Source: the human T2T-CHM13v2.0 reference genome, Homo sapiens
Assembly (NCBI RefSeq): GCF_009914755.1
Contig: NC_060934.1
Length of the DNA: 64,000 nt
Strand: one strand, 5' to 3'
The translations under genes and the position numbers were made by a program. Positions within the stretch are counted from its first letter, which is position 1, and each line of letters starts with the position of its first letter. The notes under the pieces were generated by a model. It searched no databases. It was given only the letters and a program-made list of their open reading frames with translations, and was not told the origin of the DNA. Below, one piece after another: positions 40,701 to 53,490 of the stretch.

Positions 40701-43700
40701 GAAACACTCTTTTTGTGGAATTTGCTAGTGTAGATTTCAAACGCTTCGAAGACAGTGATAGAAAAGGATATATCTTCGTATTAAAAGTAGACAAAATCAT
40801 TCTCAGAAAACTCTTTGTGATGTGTGTGTTCAACTCACAGAGTTTAACCTTTCTTTAATCGAGCAGTTTGGAAATACACTCTTTGTAAGTCTGCAGGTGG
40901 ATATTTGGCCCTCTTTGAGCCCTTCGTTGGAAACGGGATTTCCTCATATAATGCTAGACAGAAGAATTCTCAGTAACTTCTTTGTGTTGTTTGTATTCAA
41001 CACACAGATTTGAACCTTCCTTTAGAGAGAGCAGATTTGAAACACTCTGTTTTTGGAATTTGCTAGTGTAGATTTCAAACGCTTCGAAGACAGTGATAGA
41101 AAAGGATATATCTTCGTATTAAAAGTAGACAAAATAATTCTCAGAAAACTCTTTGTGATGTGTGTGTTCAACTCACAGAGTTTAACCTTTCTTTTCATAG
41201 AGCAGTTTGGAAACACTCTGTTTGTAAAGCCTGCAAGTGCTTTTTTGGACTTCATTGAGGCCTTCGTTGGAAACGGGATTTCTTCATATAATGCTAGACA
41301 GAAGAATTCTCAGTCACTTCTTTGTGTTGTGTGTATTCAAGTCACAGAGTTGAACCTTCCTTTAGACAGAGCAGTTTTGAAAAATTCTTTCTGTGGAGTT
41401 TGCAAGTGGAGATTTCAAGCGATTTGAGGCTAATCTTTGAAATGGAAATATCTTCGTGTAAAAACTACACAGAATCATTCTCAGAAACTGCTTTGTCATC
41501 TGTGCGTTCAGTTCACAGAGTTTCACCTTTATCTTCATAGAGCAGTTTGGAAAGACTCTGTCTGTAAAGTCTGCAAGTGATTAGTTAGACCCCTTTGAGG
41601 CCTTCGTTGGAAGCGGGATTTCTCATTTACTGCTAGACAGAAGAATTCTCAGTAAATCCTTTGTGTTGTGTGTATTCAACTCACAGAGTGGAACCTTCCT
41701 TTATTCAGAGCAGTTTTGAAACACTCTTTTTGTGGAATTTGCAAGTGGAGATTTCAAGCGATTTGACGCCAATCTTAGACATGGAAATATCTTCATATTA
41801 AAAGTACACAGAGTCATTCGTAGAAACTAGTTTGTGATGTGTGCCTTCAACTCACAGAGTTTAACCTTTCTTTTCATAGAGCAGTTGGGAAACACTCTAT
41901 TTGTAAAGTCTGCAAGTGGATATTTGGACCTCTTTGAGGCCTTCGTTGGAAACGGGATTTCTTCATATAACGCTAGACAGAAGAATTCTCAGTAACTTCT
42001 TTGTGTTGTGTGTATTCAACTCACAGAGTTGAACCTTTCTTTAGAGGGAGCAGAGGTGAAACACTCTTTTTGTGGAATTTGCTAGTGTAGATTTCAAACG
42101 CTTCGAAGACAGTGATAGAAAAGGATGTATCTTCGTATTAAAAGTAGACAAAATCATTCTCAGAAAACTCTTTGTGATGTGTGTGTTCAACTCACAGAGT
42201 TTAACCTTTCTTTAATCGAGCAGTTTGGAAATACACTCTTTGTAAGTCTGCAGGTGGATATTTGGCCCTCTTTGAGCCCTTCGTTGGAAACGGGATTTCC
42301 TCATATAATGCTAGACAGAAGAATTCTCAGTAACTTCTTTGTGTTGTTTGTATTCAACACACAGATTTGAACCTTCCTTTAGAGAGAGCAGATTTGAAAC
42401 ACTCTGTTTTTGGAATTTGCAAGTGCAGATTTCAAGCGCTTCTAGGCCTATGGCAGAAAAGGAAATATCTTCGTATAAAAACTACACAGAATCATTCTCA
42501 ACAACTACTTTGTGATGTGTGCGTTCAACTCACAGAGTTTAACCTTTCTTTTCATAGAGCAGTTTGGAAACACTCTGTTTGTAAAGCCTGCAAGTGCTTT
42601 TTTGGACTTCATTGAGGCCTTCGTTGGAAACGGGATTTCTTCATATAATGCTAGACAGAAGAATTCTCAGTCACTTCTTTGTGTTGTGTGTATTCAAGTC
42701 ACAGAGTTGAACCTTCCTTTAGACAGAGCAGTTTTGAAAAATTCTTTCTGTGGAGTTTGCAAGTGGAGATTTCAAGCGATTTGAGGCTAATCTTTGAAAT
42801 GGAAATATCTTCGTGTAAAAACTACACAGAATCATTCTCAGAAACTGCTTTGTCATCTGTGCGTTCAGTTCACAGAGTTTCACCTTTCTCTTCATAGAGC
42901 AGTTTGGAAAGACTCTGTCTGTAAAGTCTGCAAGTGATTAGTTAGACCCCTTTGAGGCCTTCGTTGGAAGCGGGATTTCTCATTTACTGCTAGACAGAAG
43001 AATTCTCAGTAAATCCTTTGTGTTGTGTGTATTCAACTCACAGAGTGGAACCTTCCTTTATTCAGAGCAGTTTTGAAAAACTCTTTTTGTGGAATTTGCA
43101 AGTGGAGATTTCAAGCGATTTGACGCCAATCTTAGACATGGAAATGTCTTCATATTAAAAGTACACAGAGTCATTCGTAGAAACTAGTTTGTGATGTGTG
43201 CCTTCAACTCACAGAGTTTAACCTTTCTTTTCATAGAGCAGTTGGGAAACACTCTATTTGTAAAGTCTGCAAGTGGATATTTGGACCTCTTTGAGGCCTT
43301 CGTTGGAAACGGGATTTCTTCATACAACGCTAGAGAGAAGAATTCTCAGTAACTTCTTTGTGTTGTGTGTATTCAACTCACAGAGTTGAACCTTTCTTTA
43401 GAGAGAGCAGAGTTGAAACACTCTGTTTTTGGAATTTGCAAGTGCAGATTTCAAGCGCTTCTAGGCCTATGGCAGAAAAGGAAATATCTTCGTATAAAAA
43501 CTACACAGAATCATTCTCAACAACTACTTTGTGATGTGTGCGTTCAACTCACAGAGTTTAACCTTTCTTTTCATAGAGCAGTTTGGAAACACTCTGTTTG
43601 TAAAGCCTGCAAGTGCTTTTTTGGACTTCATTGAGGCCTTCGTTGGAAACGGGATTTCTTCATGTAATGCTAGACAGAAGAATTCTCAGTCACTTCTTTG

Positions 43701-46700
43701 TGTTGTGTGTATTCAAGTCACAGAGTTGAACCTTCCTTTAGACAGAGCAGTTTTGAAAAATTCTTTCTGTGGAATTTGCAAGTGGAGATTTCAAGCGATT
43801 TGAGGCTAATCTTTGAAATGGAAATATCTTCGTGTAAAAACTACACAGAATCATTCTCAGAAACTGCTTTGTCATCTGTGCGTTCAGTTCACAGAGTTTC
43901 ACCTTTCTCTTCATAGAGCAGTTTGGAAAGACTCTGTCTGTAAAGTCTGCAAGTGATTAGTTAGACCCCTTTGAGGCCTTCGTTGGAAGCGGGATTTCTC
44001 ATTTACTGCTAGACAGAAGAATTCTCAGTAAATCCTTTGTGTTGTGTGTATTCAACTCACAGAGTGGAACCTTCCTTTATTCAGAGCAGTTTTGAAACAC
44101 TCTTTTTGTGGAATTTGCAAGTGGAGATTTCAAGCGATTTGACGCCAATCTTAGACATGGAAATATCTTCATATTAAAAGTACACAGAGTCATTCGTAGA
44201 AACTAGTTTGTGATGTGTGCCTTCAACTCACAGAGTTTAACCTTTCTTTTCATAGAGCAGTTTGGAAACACTCTATTTGTAAAGTCTGCAAGTGGATATT
44301 TGGACCTCTTTGAGGCCTTCGTTGGAAACGGGATTTCTTCATATAACGCTAGACAGAAGAATTCTCAGTAACTTCTTTGTGTTGTGTGTATTCAACTCAC
44401 AGAGTTGAACCTTTCTTTAGAGGGAGCAGAGGTGAAACACTCTTTTTGTGGAATTTGCTAGTGTAGATTTCAAACGCTTCGAAGACAGTGATAGAAAAGG
44501 ATATATCTTCGTATTAAAAGTAGACAAAATCATTCTCAGAAAACTCTTTGTGATGTGTGTGTTCAACTCACAGAGTTTAACCTTTCTTTAATCGAGCAGT
44601 TTGGAAATACACTCTTTGTAAGTCTGCAGGTGGATATTTGGCCCTCTTTGAGCCCTTCGTTGGAAACGGGATTTCCTCATATAATGCTAGACAGAAGAAT
44701 TCTCAGTAACTTCTTTGTGTTGTTTGTATTCAACACACAGATTTGAACCTTCCTTTAGAGAGAGCAGATTTGAAGCACTCTGTTTTTGGAATTTGCAAGT
44801 GCAGATTTCAAGCGCTTCTAGGCCTATGGCAGAAAAGGAAATATCTTCGTATAAAAACTACACAGAATCATTCTCAACAACTACTTTGTGATGTGTGCGT
44901 TCAACTCACAGAGTTTAACCTTTCTTTTCATAGAGCAGTTTGGAAACACTCTGTTTGTAAAGCCTGCAAGTGCTTTTTTGGACTTCATTGAGGCCTTCGT
45001 TGGAAACGGGATTTCTTCATATAATGCTAGACAGAAGAATTCTCAGTCACTTCTTTGTGTTGTGTGTATTCAAGTCACAGAGTTGAACCTTCCTTTAGAC
45101 AGAGCAGTTTTGAAAAATTCTTTCTGTGGAGTTTGCAAGTGGAGATTTCAAGCGATTTGAGGCTAATCTTTGAAATGGAAATATCTTCGTGTAAAAACTA
45201 CACAGAATCATTCTCAGAAACTGCTTTGTCATCTGTGCGTTCAGTTCACAGAGTTTCACCTTTCTCTTCATAGAGCAGTTTGGAAAGACTCTGTCTGTAA
45301 AGTCTGCAAGTGATTAGTTAGACCCCTTTGAGGCCTTCGTTGGAAGCGGGATTTCTCATTTACTGCTAGACAGAAGAATTCTCAGTAAATCCTTTGTGTT
45401 GTGTGTATTCAACTCACAGAGTGGAACCTTCCTTTATTCAGAGCAGTTTTGAAAAACACTTTTTGTGGAATTTGCAAGTGGAGATTTCAAGCGATTTGAC
45501 GCCAATCTTAGACATGGAAATATCTTCATATTAAAAGTACACAGAGTCATTCGTAGAAACTAGTTTGTGATGTGTGCCTTCAACTCACAGAGTTTAACCT
45601 TTCTTTTCATAGAGCAGTTTGGAAACACTCTATTTGTAAAGTCTGCAAGTGGATATTTGGACCTCTTTGAGGCCTTCGTTGGAAACGGGATTTCTTCATA
45701 CAACGCTAGACAGAAGAATTCTCAGTAACTTCTTTGTGTTGTGTGTATTCAACTCACAGAGTTGAACCTTTCTTTAGAGAGAGCAGAGTTGAAACACTCT
45801 GTTTTTGGAATTTGCAACTGCAGATTTCAAGCGATTCTTGGCCTATGGCAGAAAAGGAAATATCTTCGTATAAAAACTACACAGAATCATTCTCAACAAC
45901 TACTTTGTGATGTGTGCGTTCAACTCACAGAGATTAACCTTTCTTTTCATAGAGCAGTTTGGAAACACTCTGTTTGTAAAGCCTGCAAGTGCTTTTTTGG
46001 ACTTCATTGAGGCCTTCGTTGGAAACGGGATTTCTTCATGTAATGCTAGACAGAAGAATTCTCAGTCACTTCTTTGTGTTGTGTGTATTCAAGTCACAGA
46101 GTTGAACCTTCCTTTAGACAGAGCAGTTTTGAAAAATTCTTTCTGTGGAGTTTGCAAGTGGAGATTTCAAGCGATTTGAGGCTAATCTTTGAAATGGAAA
46201 TATCTTCGTGTAAAAACTACACAGAATCATTCTCAGAAACTGCTTTGTCATCTGTGCGTTCAGTTCACAGAGTTTCACCTTTCTCTTCATAGAGCAGTTT
46301 GGAAAGACTCTGTCTGTAAAGTCTGCAAGTGATTAGTTAGACCCCTTTGAGGCCTTCGTTGGAAGCGGGATTTCTCATTTACTGCTAGACAGAAGAATTC
46401 TCAGTAAATCCTTTGTGTTGTGTGTATTCAACTCACAGAGTGGAACCTTCCTTTATTCAGAGCAGTTTTGAAACACTCTTTTTGTGGAATTTGCAAGTGG
46501 AGATTTCAAGCGATTTGACGCCAATCTTAGACATGGAAATATCTTCATATTAAAAGTACACAGAGTCATTCGTAGAAAGTAGTTTGTGATGTGTGCCTTC
46601 AACTCACAGAGTTTAACCTTTCTTTTCATAGAGCAGTTGGGAAACACTCTATTTGTAAAGTCTGCAAGTGGATATTTGGACCTCTTTGAGGCCTTCGTTG

Positions 46701-49700
46701 GAAACGGGATTTCTTCATATAACGCTAGACAGAAGAATTCTCAGTAACTTCTTTGTGTTGTGTGTATTCAACTCACAGAGTTGAACCTTTCTTTAGAGGG
46801 AGCAGAGGTGAAACACTCTTTTTGTGGAATTTGCTAGTGTAGATTTCAAACGCTTCGAAGACAGTGATAGAAAAGGATATATCTTCGTATTAAAAGTAGA
46901 CAAAATCATTCTCAGAAAACTCTTTGTGATGTGTGTGTTCAACTCACAGAGTTTAACCTTTCTTTAATCGAGCAGTTTGGAAATACACTCTTTGTAAGTC
47001 TGCAGGTGGATATTTGGCCCTCTTTGAGCCCTTCGTTGGAAACGGGATTTCCTCATATAATGCTAGACAGAAGAATTCTCAGTAACTTCTTTGTGTTGTT
47101 TGTATTCAACACACAGATTTGAACCTTCCTTTAGAGAGAGCAGATTTGAAACACTCTGTTTTTGGAATTTGCAAGTGCAGATTTCAAGCGCTTCTAGGCC
47201 TATGGCAGAAAAGGAAATATCTTCGTATAAAAACTACACAGAATCATTCTCAACAACTACTTTGTGATGTGTGCGTTCAACTCACAGAGTTTAACCTTTC
47301 TTTTCATAGAGCAGTTTGGAAACACTCTGTTTGTAAAGCCTGCAAGTGCTTTTTTGGACTTCATTGAGGCCTTCGTTGGAAACGGGATTTCTTCATATAA
47401 TGCTAGACAGAAGAATTCTCAGTCACTTCTTTGTGTTGTGTGTATTCAAGTCACAGAGTTGAACCTTCCTTTAGACAGAGCAGTTTTGAAAAATTCTTTC
47501 TGTGGAGTTTGCAAGTGGAGATTTCAAGCGATTTGAGGCTAATCTTTGAAATGGAAATATCTTCGTGTAAAAACTACACAGAATCATTCTCAGAAACTGC
47601 TTTGTCATCTGTGCGTTCAGTTCACAGAGTTTCACCTTTCTCTTCATAGAGCAGTTTGGAAAGACTCTGTCTGTAAAGTCTGCAAGTGATTAGTTAGACC
47701 CCTTTGAGGCCTTCGTTGGAAGCGGGATTTCTCATTTACTGCTAGACAGAAGAATTCTCAGTAAATCCTTTGTGTTGTGTGTATTCAACTCACAGAGTGG
47801 AACCTTCCTTTATTCAGAGCAGTTTTGAAACACTCTTTTTGTGGAATTTGCAAGTGGAGATTTCAAGCGATTTGACGCCAATCTTAGACATGGAAATATC
47901 TTCATATTAAAAGTACACAGAGTCATTCGTAGAAACTAGTTTGTGATGTGTGCCTTCAACTCACAGAGTTTAACCTTTCTTTTCATAGAGCAGTTGGGAA
48001 ACACTCTATTTGTAAAGTCTGCAAGTGGATATTTGGACCTCTTTGAGGCCTTCGTTGGAAACGGGATTTCTTCATATAACGCTAGACAGAAGAATTCTCA
48101 GTAACTTCTTTGTGTTGTGTGTATTCAACTCACAGAGTTGAACCTTTCTTTAGAGGGAGCAGAGGTGAAACACTCTTTTTGTGGAATTTGCTAGTGTAGA
48201 TTTCAAACGCTTCGAAGACAGTGATAGAAAAGGATATATCTTCGTATTAAAAGTAGACAAAATCATTCTCAGAAAACTCTTTGTGATGTGTGTGTTCAAC
48301 TCACAGAGTTTAACCTTTCTTTAATCGAGCAGTTTGGAAATACACTCTTTGTAAGTCTGCAGGTGGATATTTGGCCCTCTTTGAGCCCTTCGTTGGAAAC
48401 GGGATTTCCTCATATAATGCTAGACAGAAGAATTCTCAGTAACTTCTTTGTGTTGTTTGTATTCAACACACAGATTTGAACCTTCCTTTAGAGAGAGCAG
48501 ATTTGAAGCACTCTGTTTTTGGAATTTGCAAGTGCAGATTTCAAGCGCTTCTAGGCCTATGGCAGAAAAGGAAATATCTTCGTATAAAAACTACACAGAA
48601 TCATTCTCAACAACTACTTTGTGATGTGTGCGTTCAACTCACAGAGTTTAACCTTTCTTTTCATAGAGCAGTTTGGAAACACTCTGTTTGTAAAGCCTGC
48701 AAGTGCTTTTTTGGACTTCATTGAGGCCTTCGTTGGAAACGGGATTTCTTCATATAATGCTAGACAGAAGAATTCTCAGTCACTTCTTTGTGTTGTGTGT
48801 ATTCAAGTCACAGAGTTGAACCTTCCTTTAGACAGAGCAGTTTTGAAAAATTCTTTCTGTGGAGTTTGCAAGTGGAGATTTCAAGCGATTTGAGGCTAAT
48901 CTTTGAAATGGAAATATCTTCGTGTAAAAACTACACAGAATCATTCTCAGAAACTGCTTTGTCATCTGTGCGTTCAGTTCACAGAGTTTCACCTTTCTCT
49001 TCATAGAGCAGTTTGGAAAGACTCTGTCTGTAAAGTCTGCAAGTGATTAGTTAGACCCCTTTGAGGCCTTCGTTGGAAGCGGGATTTCTCATTTACTGCT
49101 AGACAGAAGAATTCTCAGTAAATCCTTTGTGTTGTGTGTATTCAACTCACAGAGTGGAACCTTCCTTTATTCAGAGCAGTTTTGAAAAACACTTTTTGTG
49201 GAATTTGCAAGTGGAGATTTCAAGCGATTTGACGCCAATCTTAGACATGGAAATATCTTCATATTAAAAGTACACAGAGTCATTCGTAGAAACTAGTTTG
49301 TGATGTGTGCCTTCAACTCACAGAGTTTAACCTTTCTTTTCATAGAGCAGTTTGGAAACACTCTATTTGTAAAGTCTGCAAGTGGATATTTGGACCTCTT
49401 TGAGGCCTTCGTTGGAAACGGGATTTCTTCATACAACGCTAGACAGAAGAATTCTCAGTAACTTCTTTGTGTTGTGTGTATTCAACTCACAGAGTTGAAC
49501 CTTTCTTTAGAGAGAGCAGAGTTGAAACACTCTGTTTTTGGAATTTGCAACTGCAGATTTCAAGCGATTCTTGGCCTATGGCAGAAAAGGAAATATCTTC
49601 GTATAAAAACTACACAGAATCATTCTCAACAACTACTTTGTGATGTGTGCGTTCAACTCACAGAGTTTAACCTTTCTTTTCATAGAGCAGTTTGGAAACA

Positions 49701-52700
49701 CTCTGTTTGTAAAGCCTGCAAGTGCTTTTTCGGACTTCATTGAGGCCTTCGTTGGAAACGGGATTTCTTCATGTAATGCTAGACAGAAGAATTCTCAGTC
49801 ACTTCTTTGTGTTGTGTGTATTCAAGTCACAGAGTTGAACCTTCCTTTAGACAGAGCAGTTTTGAAAAATTCTTTCTGTGGAGTTTGCAAGTGGAGATTT
49901 CAAGCGATTTGAGGCTAATCTTTGAAATGGAAATATCTTCGTGTAAAAACTACACAGAATCATTCTCAGAAACTGCTTTGTCATCTGTGCGTTCAGTTCA
50001 CAGAGTTTCACCTTTCTCTTCATAGAGCAGTTTGGAAAGACTCTGTCTGTAAAGTCTGCAAGTGATTAGTTAGACCCCTTTGAGGCCTTCGTTGGAAGCG
50101 GGATTTCTCATTTACTGCTAGACAGAAGAATTCTCAGTAAATCCTTTGTGTTGTGTGTATTCAACTCACAGAGTGGAACCTTCCTTTATTCAGAGCAGTT
50201 TTGAAAAACACTTTTTGTGGAATTTGCAAGTGGAGATTTCAAGCGATTTGACGCCAATCTTAGACATGGAAATATCTTCATATTAAAAGTACACAGAGTC
50301 ATTCGTAGAAACTAGTTTGTGATGTGTGCCTTCAACTCACAGAGTTTAACCTTTCTTTTCATAGAGCAGTTTGGAAACACTCTATTTGTAAAGTCTGCAA
50401 GTGGATATTTGGACCTCTTTGAGGCCTTCGTTGGAAACGGGATTTCTTCATACAACGCTAGACAGAAGAATTCTCAGTAACTTCTTTGTGTTGTGTGTAT
50501 TCAACTCACAGAGTTGAACCTTTCTTTAGAGAGAGCAGAGTTGAAACACTCTGTTTTTGGAATTTGCAACTGCAGATTTCAAGCGATTCTTGGCCTATGG
50601 CAGAAAAGGAAATATCTTCGTATAAAAACTACACAGAATCATTCTCAACAACTACTTTGTGATGTGTGCGTTCAACTCACAGAGATTAACCTTTCTTTTC
50701 ATAGAGCAGTTTGGAAACACTCTGTTTGTAAAGCCTGCAAGTGCTTTTTTGGACTTCATTGAGGCCTTCGTTGGAAACGGGATTTCTTCATGTAATGCTA
50801 GACAGAAGAATTCTCAGTCACTTCTTTGTGTTGTGTGTATTCAAGTCACAGAGTTGAACCTTCCTTTAGACAGAGCAGTTTTGAAAAATTCTTTCTGTGG
50901 AGTTTGCAAGTGGAGATTTCAAGCGATTTGAGGCTAATCTTTGAAATGGAAATATCTTCGTGTAAAAACTACACAGAATCATTCTCAGAAACTGCTTTGT
51001 CATCTGTGCGTTCAGTTCACAGAGTTTCACCTTTCTCTTCATAGAGCAGTTTGGAAAGACTCTGTCTGTAAAGTCTGCAAGTGATTAGTTAGACCCCTTT
51101 GAGGCCTTCGTTGGAAGCGGGATTTCTCATTTACTGCTAGACAGAAGAATTCTCAGTAAATCCTTTGTGTTGTGTGTATTCAACTCACAGAGTGGAACCT
51201 TCCTTTATTCAGAGCAGTTTTGAAACACTCTTTTTGTGGAATTTGCAAGTGGAGATTTCAAGCGATTTGACGCCAATCTTAGACATGGAAATATCTTCAT
51301 ATTAAAAGTACACAGAGTCATTCGTAGAAACTAGTTTGTGATGTGTGCCTTCAACTCACAGAGTTTAACCTTTCTTTTCATAGAGCAGTTTGGAAACACT
51401 CTATTTGTAAAGTCTGCAAGTGGATATTTGGACCTCTTTGAGGCCTTCGTTGGAAACGGGATTTCTTCATATAACGCTAGACAGAAGAATTCTCAGTAAC
51501 TTCTTTGTGTTGTGTGTATTCAACTCACAGAGTTGAACCTTTCTTTAGAGGGAGCAGAGGTGAAACACTCTTTTTGTGGAATTTGCTAGTGTAGATTTCA
51601 AACGCTTCGAAGACAGTGATAGAAAAGGATGTATCTTCGTATTAAAAGTAGACAAAATCATTCTCAGAAAACTCTTTGTGATGTGTGTGTTCAACTCACA
51701 GAGTTTAACCTTTCTTTAATCGAGCAGTTTGGAAATACACTCTTTGTAAGTCTGCAGGTGGATATTTGGCCCTCTTTGAGCCCTTCGTTGGAAACGGGAT
51801 TTCCTCATATAATGCTAGACAGAAGAATTCTCAGTAACTTCTTTGTGTTGTTTGTATTCAACACACAGATTTGAACCTTCCTTTAGAGAGAGCAGATTTG
51901 AAACACTCTGTTTTTGGAATTTGCAAGTGCAGATTTCAAGCGCTTCTAGGCCTATGGCAGAAAAGGAAATATCTTCGTATAAAAACTACACAGAATCATT
52001 CTCAACAACTACTTTGTGATGTGTGCGTTCAACTCACAGAGTTTAACCTTTCTTTTCATAGAGCAGTTTGGAAACACTCTGTTTGTAAAGCCTGCAAGTG
52101 CTTTTTTGGACTTCATTGAGGCCTTCGTTGGAAACGGGATTTCTTCATATAATGCTAGACAGAAGAATTCTCAGTCACTTCTTTGTGTTGTGTGTATTCA
52201 AGTCACAGAGTTGAACCTTCCTTTAGACAGAGCAGTTTTGAAAAATTCTTTCTGTGGAGTTTGCAAGTGGAGATTTCAAGCGATTTGAGGCTAATCTTTG
52301 AAATGGAAATATCTTCGTGTAAAAACTACACAGAATCATTCTCAGAAACTGCTTTGTCATCTGTGCGTTCAGTTCACAGAGTTTCACCTTTCTCTTCATA
52401 GAGCAGTTTGGAAAGACTCTGTCTGTAAAGTCTGCAAGTGATTAGTTAGACCCCTTTGAGGCCTTCGTTGGAAGCGGGATTTCTCATTTACTGCTAGACA
52501 GAAGAATTCTCAGTAAATCCTTTGTGTTGTGTGTATTCAACTCACAGAGTGGAACCTTCCTTTATTCAGAGCAGTTTTGAAAAACTCTTTTTGTGGAATT
52601 TGCAAGTGGAGATTTCAAGCGATTTGACGCCAATCTTAGACATGGAAATGTCTTCATATTAAAAGTACACAGAGTCATTCGTAGAAACTAGTTTGTGATG

Positions 52701-53490
52701 TGTGCCTTCAACTCACAGAGTTTAACCTTTCTTTTCATAGAGCAGTTGGGAAACACTCTATTTGTAAAGTCTGCAAGTGGATATTTGGACCTCTTTGAGG
52801 CCTTCGTTGGAAACGGGATTTCTTCATACAACGCTAGAGAGAAGAATTCTCAGTAACTTCTTTGTGTTGTGTGTATTCAACTCACAGAGTTGAACCTTTC
52901 TTTAGAGAGAGCAGAGTTGAAACACTCTGTTTTTGGAATTTGCAAGTGCAGATTTCAAGCGCTTCTAGGCCTATGGCAGAAAAGGAAATATCTTCGTATA
53001 AAAACTACACAGAATCATTCTCAACAACTACTTTGTGATGTGTGCGTTCAACTCACAGAGTTTAACCTTTCTTTTCATAGAGCAGTTTGGAAACACTCTG
53101 TTTGTAAAGCCTGCAAGTGCTTTTTTGGACTTCATTGAGGCCTTCGTTGGAAACGGGATTTCTTCATGTAATGCTAGACAGAAGAATTCTCAGTCACTTC
53201 TTTGTGTTGTGTGTATTCAAGTCACAGAGTTGAACCTTCCTTTAGACAGAGCAGTTTTGAAAAATTCTTTCTGTGGAATTTGCAAGTGGAGATTTCAAGC
53301 GATTTGAGGCTAATCTTTGAAATGGAAATATCTTCGTGTAAAAACTACACAGAATCATTCTCAGAAACTGCTTTGTCATCTGTGCGTTCAGTTCACAGAG
53401 TTTCACCTTTCTCTTCATAGAGCAGTTTGGAAAGACTCTGTAAAGTCTGCAAGTGATTAGTTAGACCCCTTTGAGGCCTTCGTTGGAAGC
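14807..53490 (+). repeat. Tandem duplication of a 19,342-bp block (16 HORs, 114 monomers): ~14807-34148 and ~34149-53490
   Basis: ORF variants recur at +19342: 17228/36570, 19104/38446, 21711/41053, 22783/42125, 27111/46453, 30298/49640, 32287/51629, and the 4-bp deletion at 34095/53437. Confidence 0.92.
23819..24837 (+). repeat. Representative 6-mer HOR variant, lineage 6B (5 copies; 89-aa ORFs at 24023, 33527, 43365, 52869, 55241)
   Basis: Alleles GCTAGAGAGAAG, GCAAGTGCAG/GCGCTTCT (8-mer-like), TTGGGAAAC, CATGTAATG and TGTGGAATTT, with upstream GAAAAACTCT and AAATGTCTT. Confidence 0.9.
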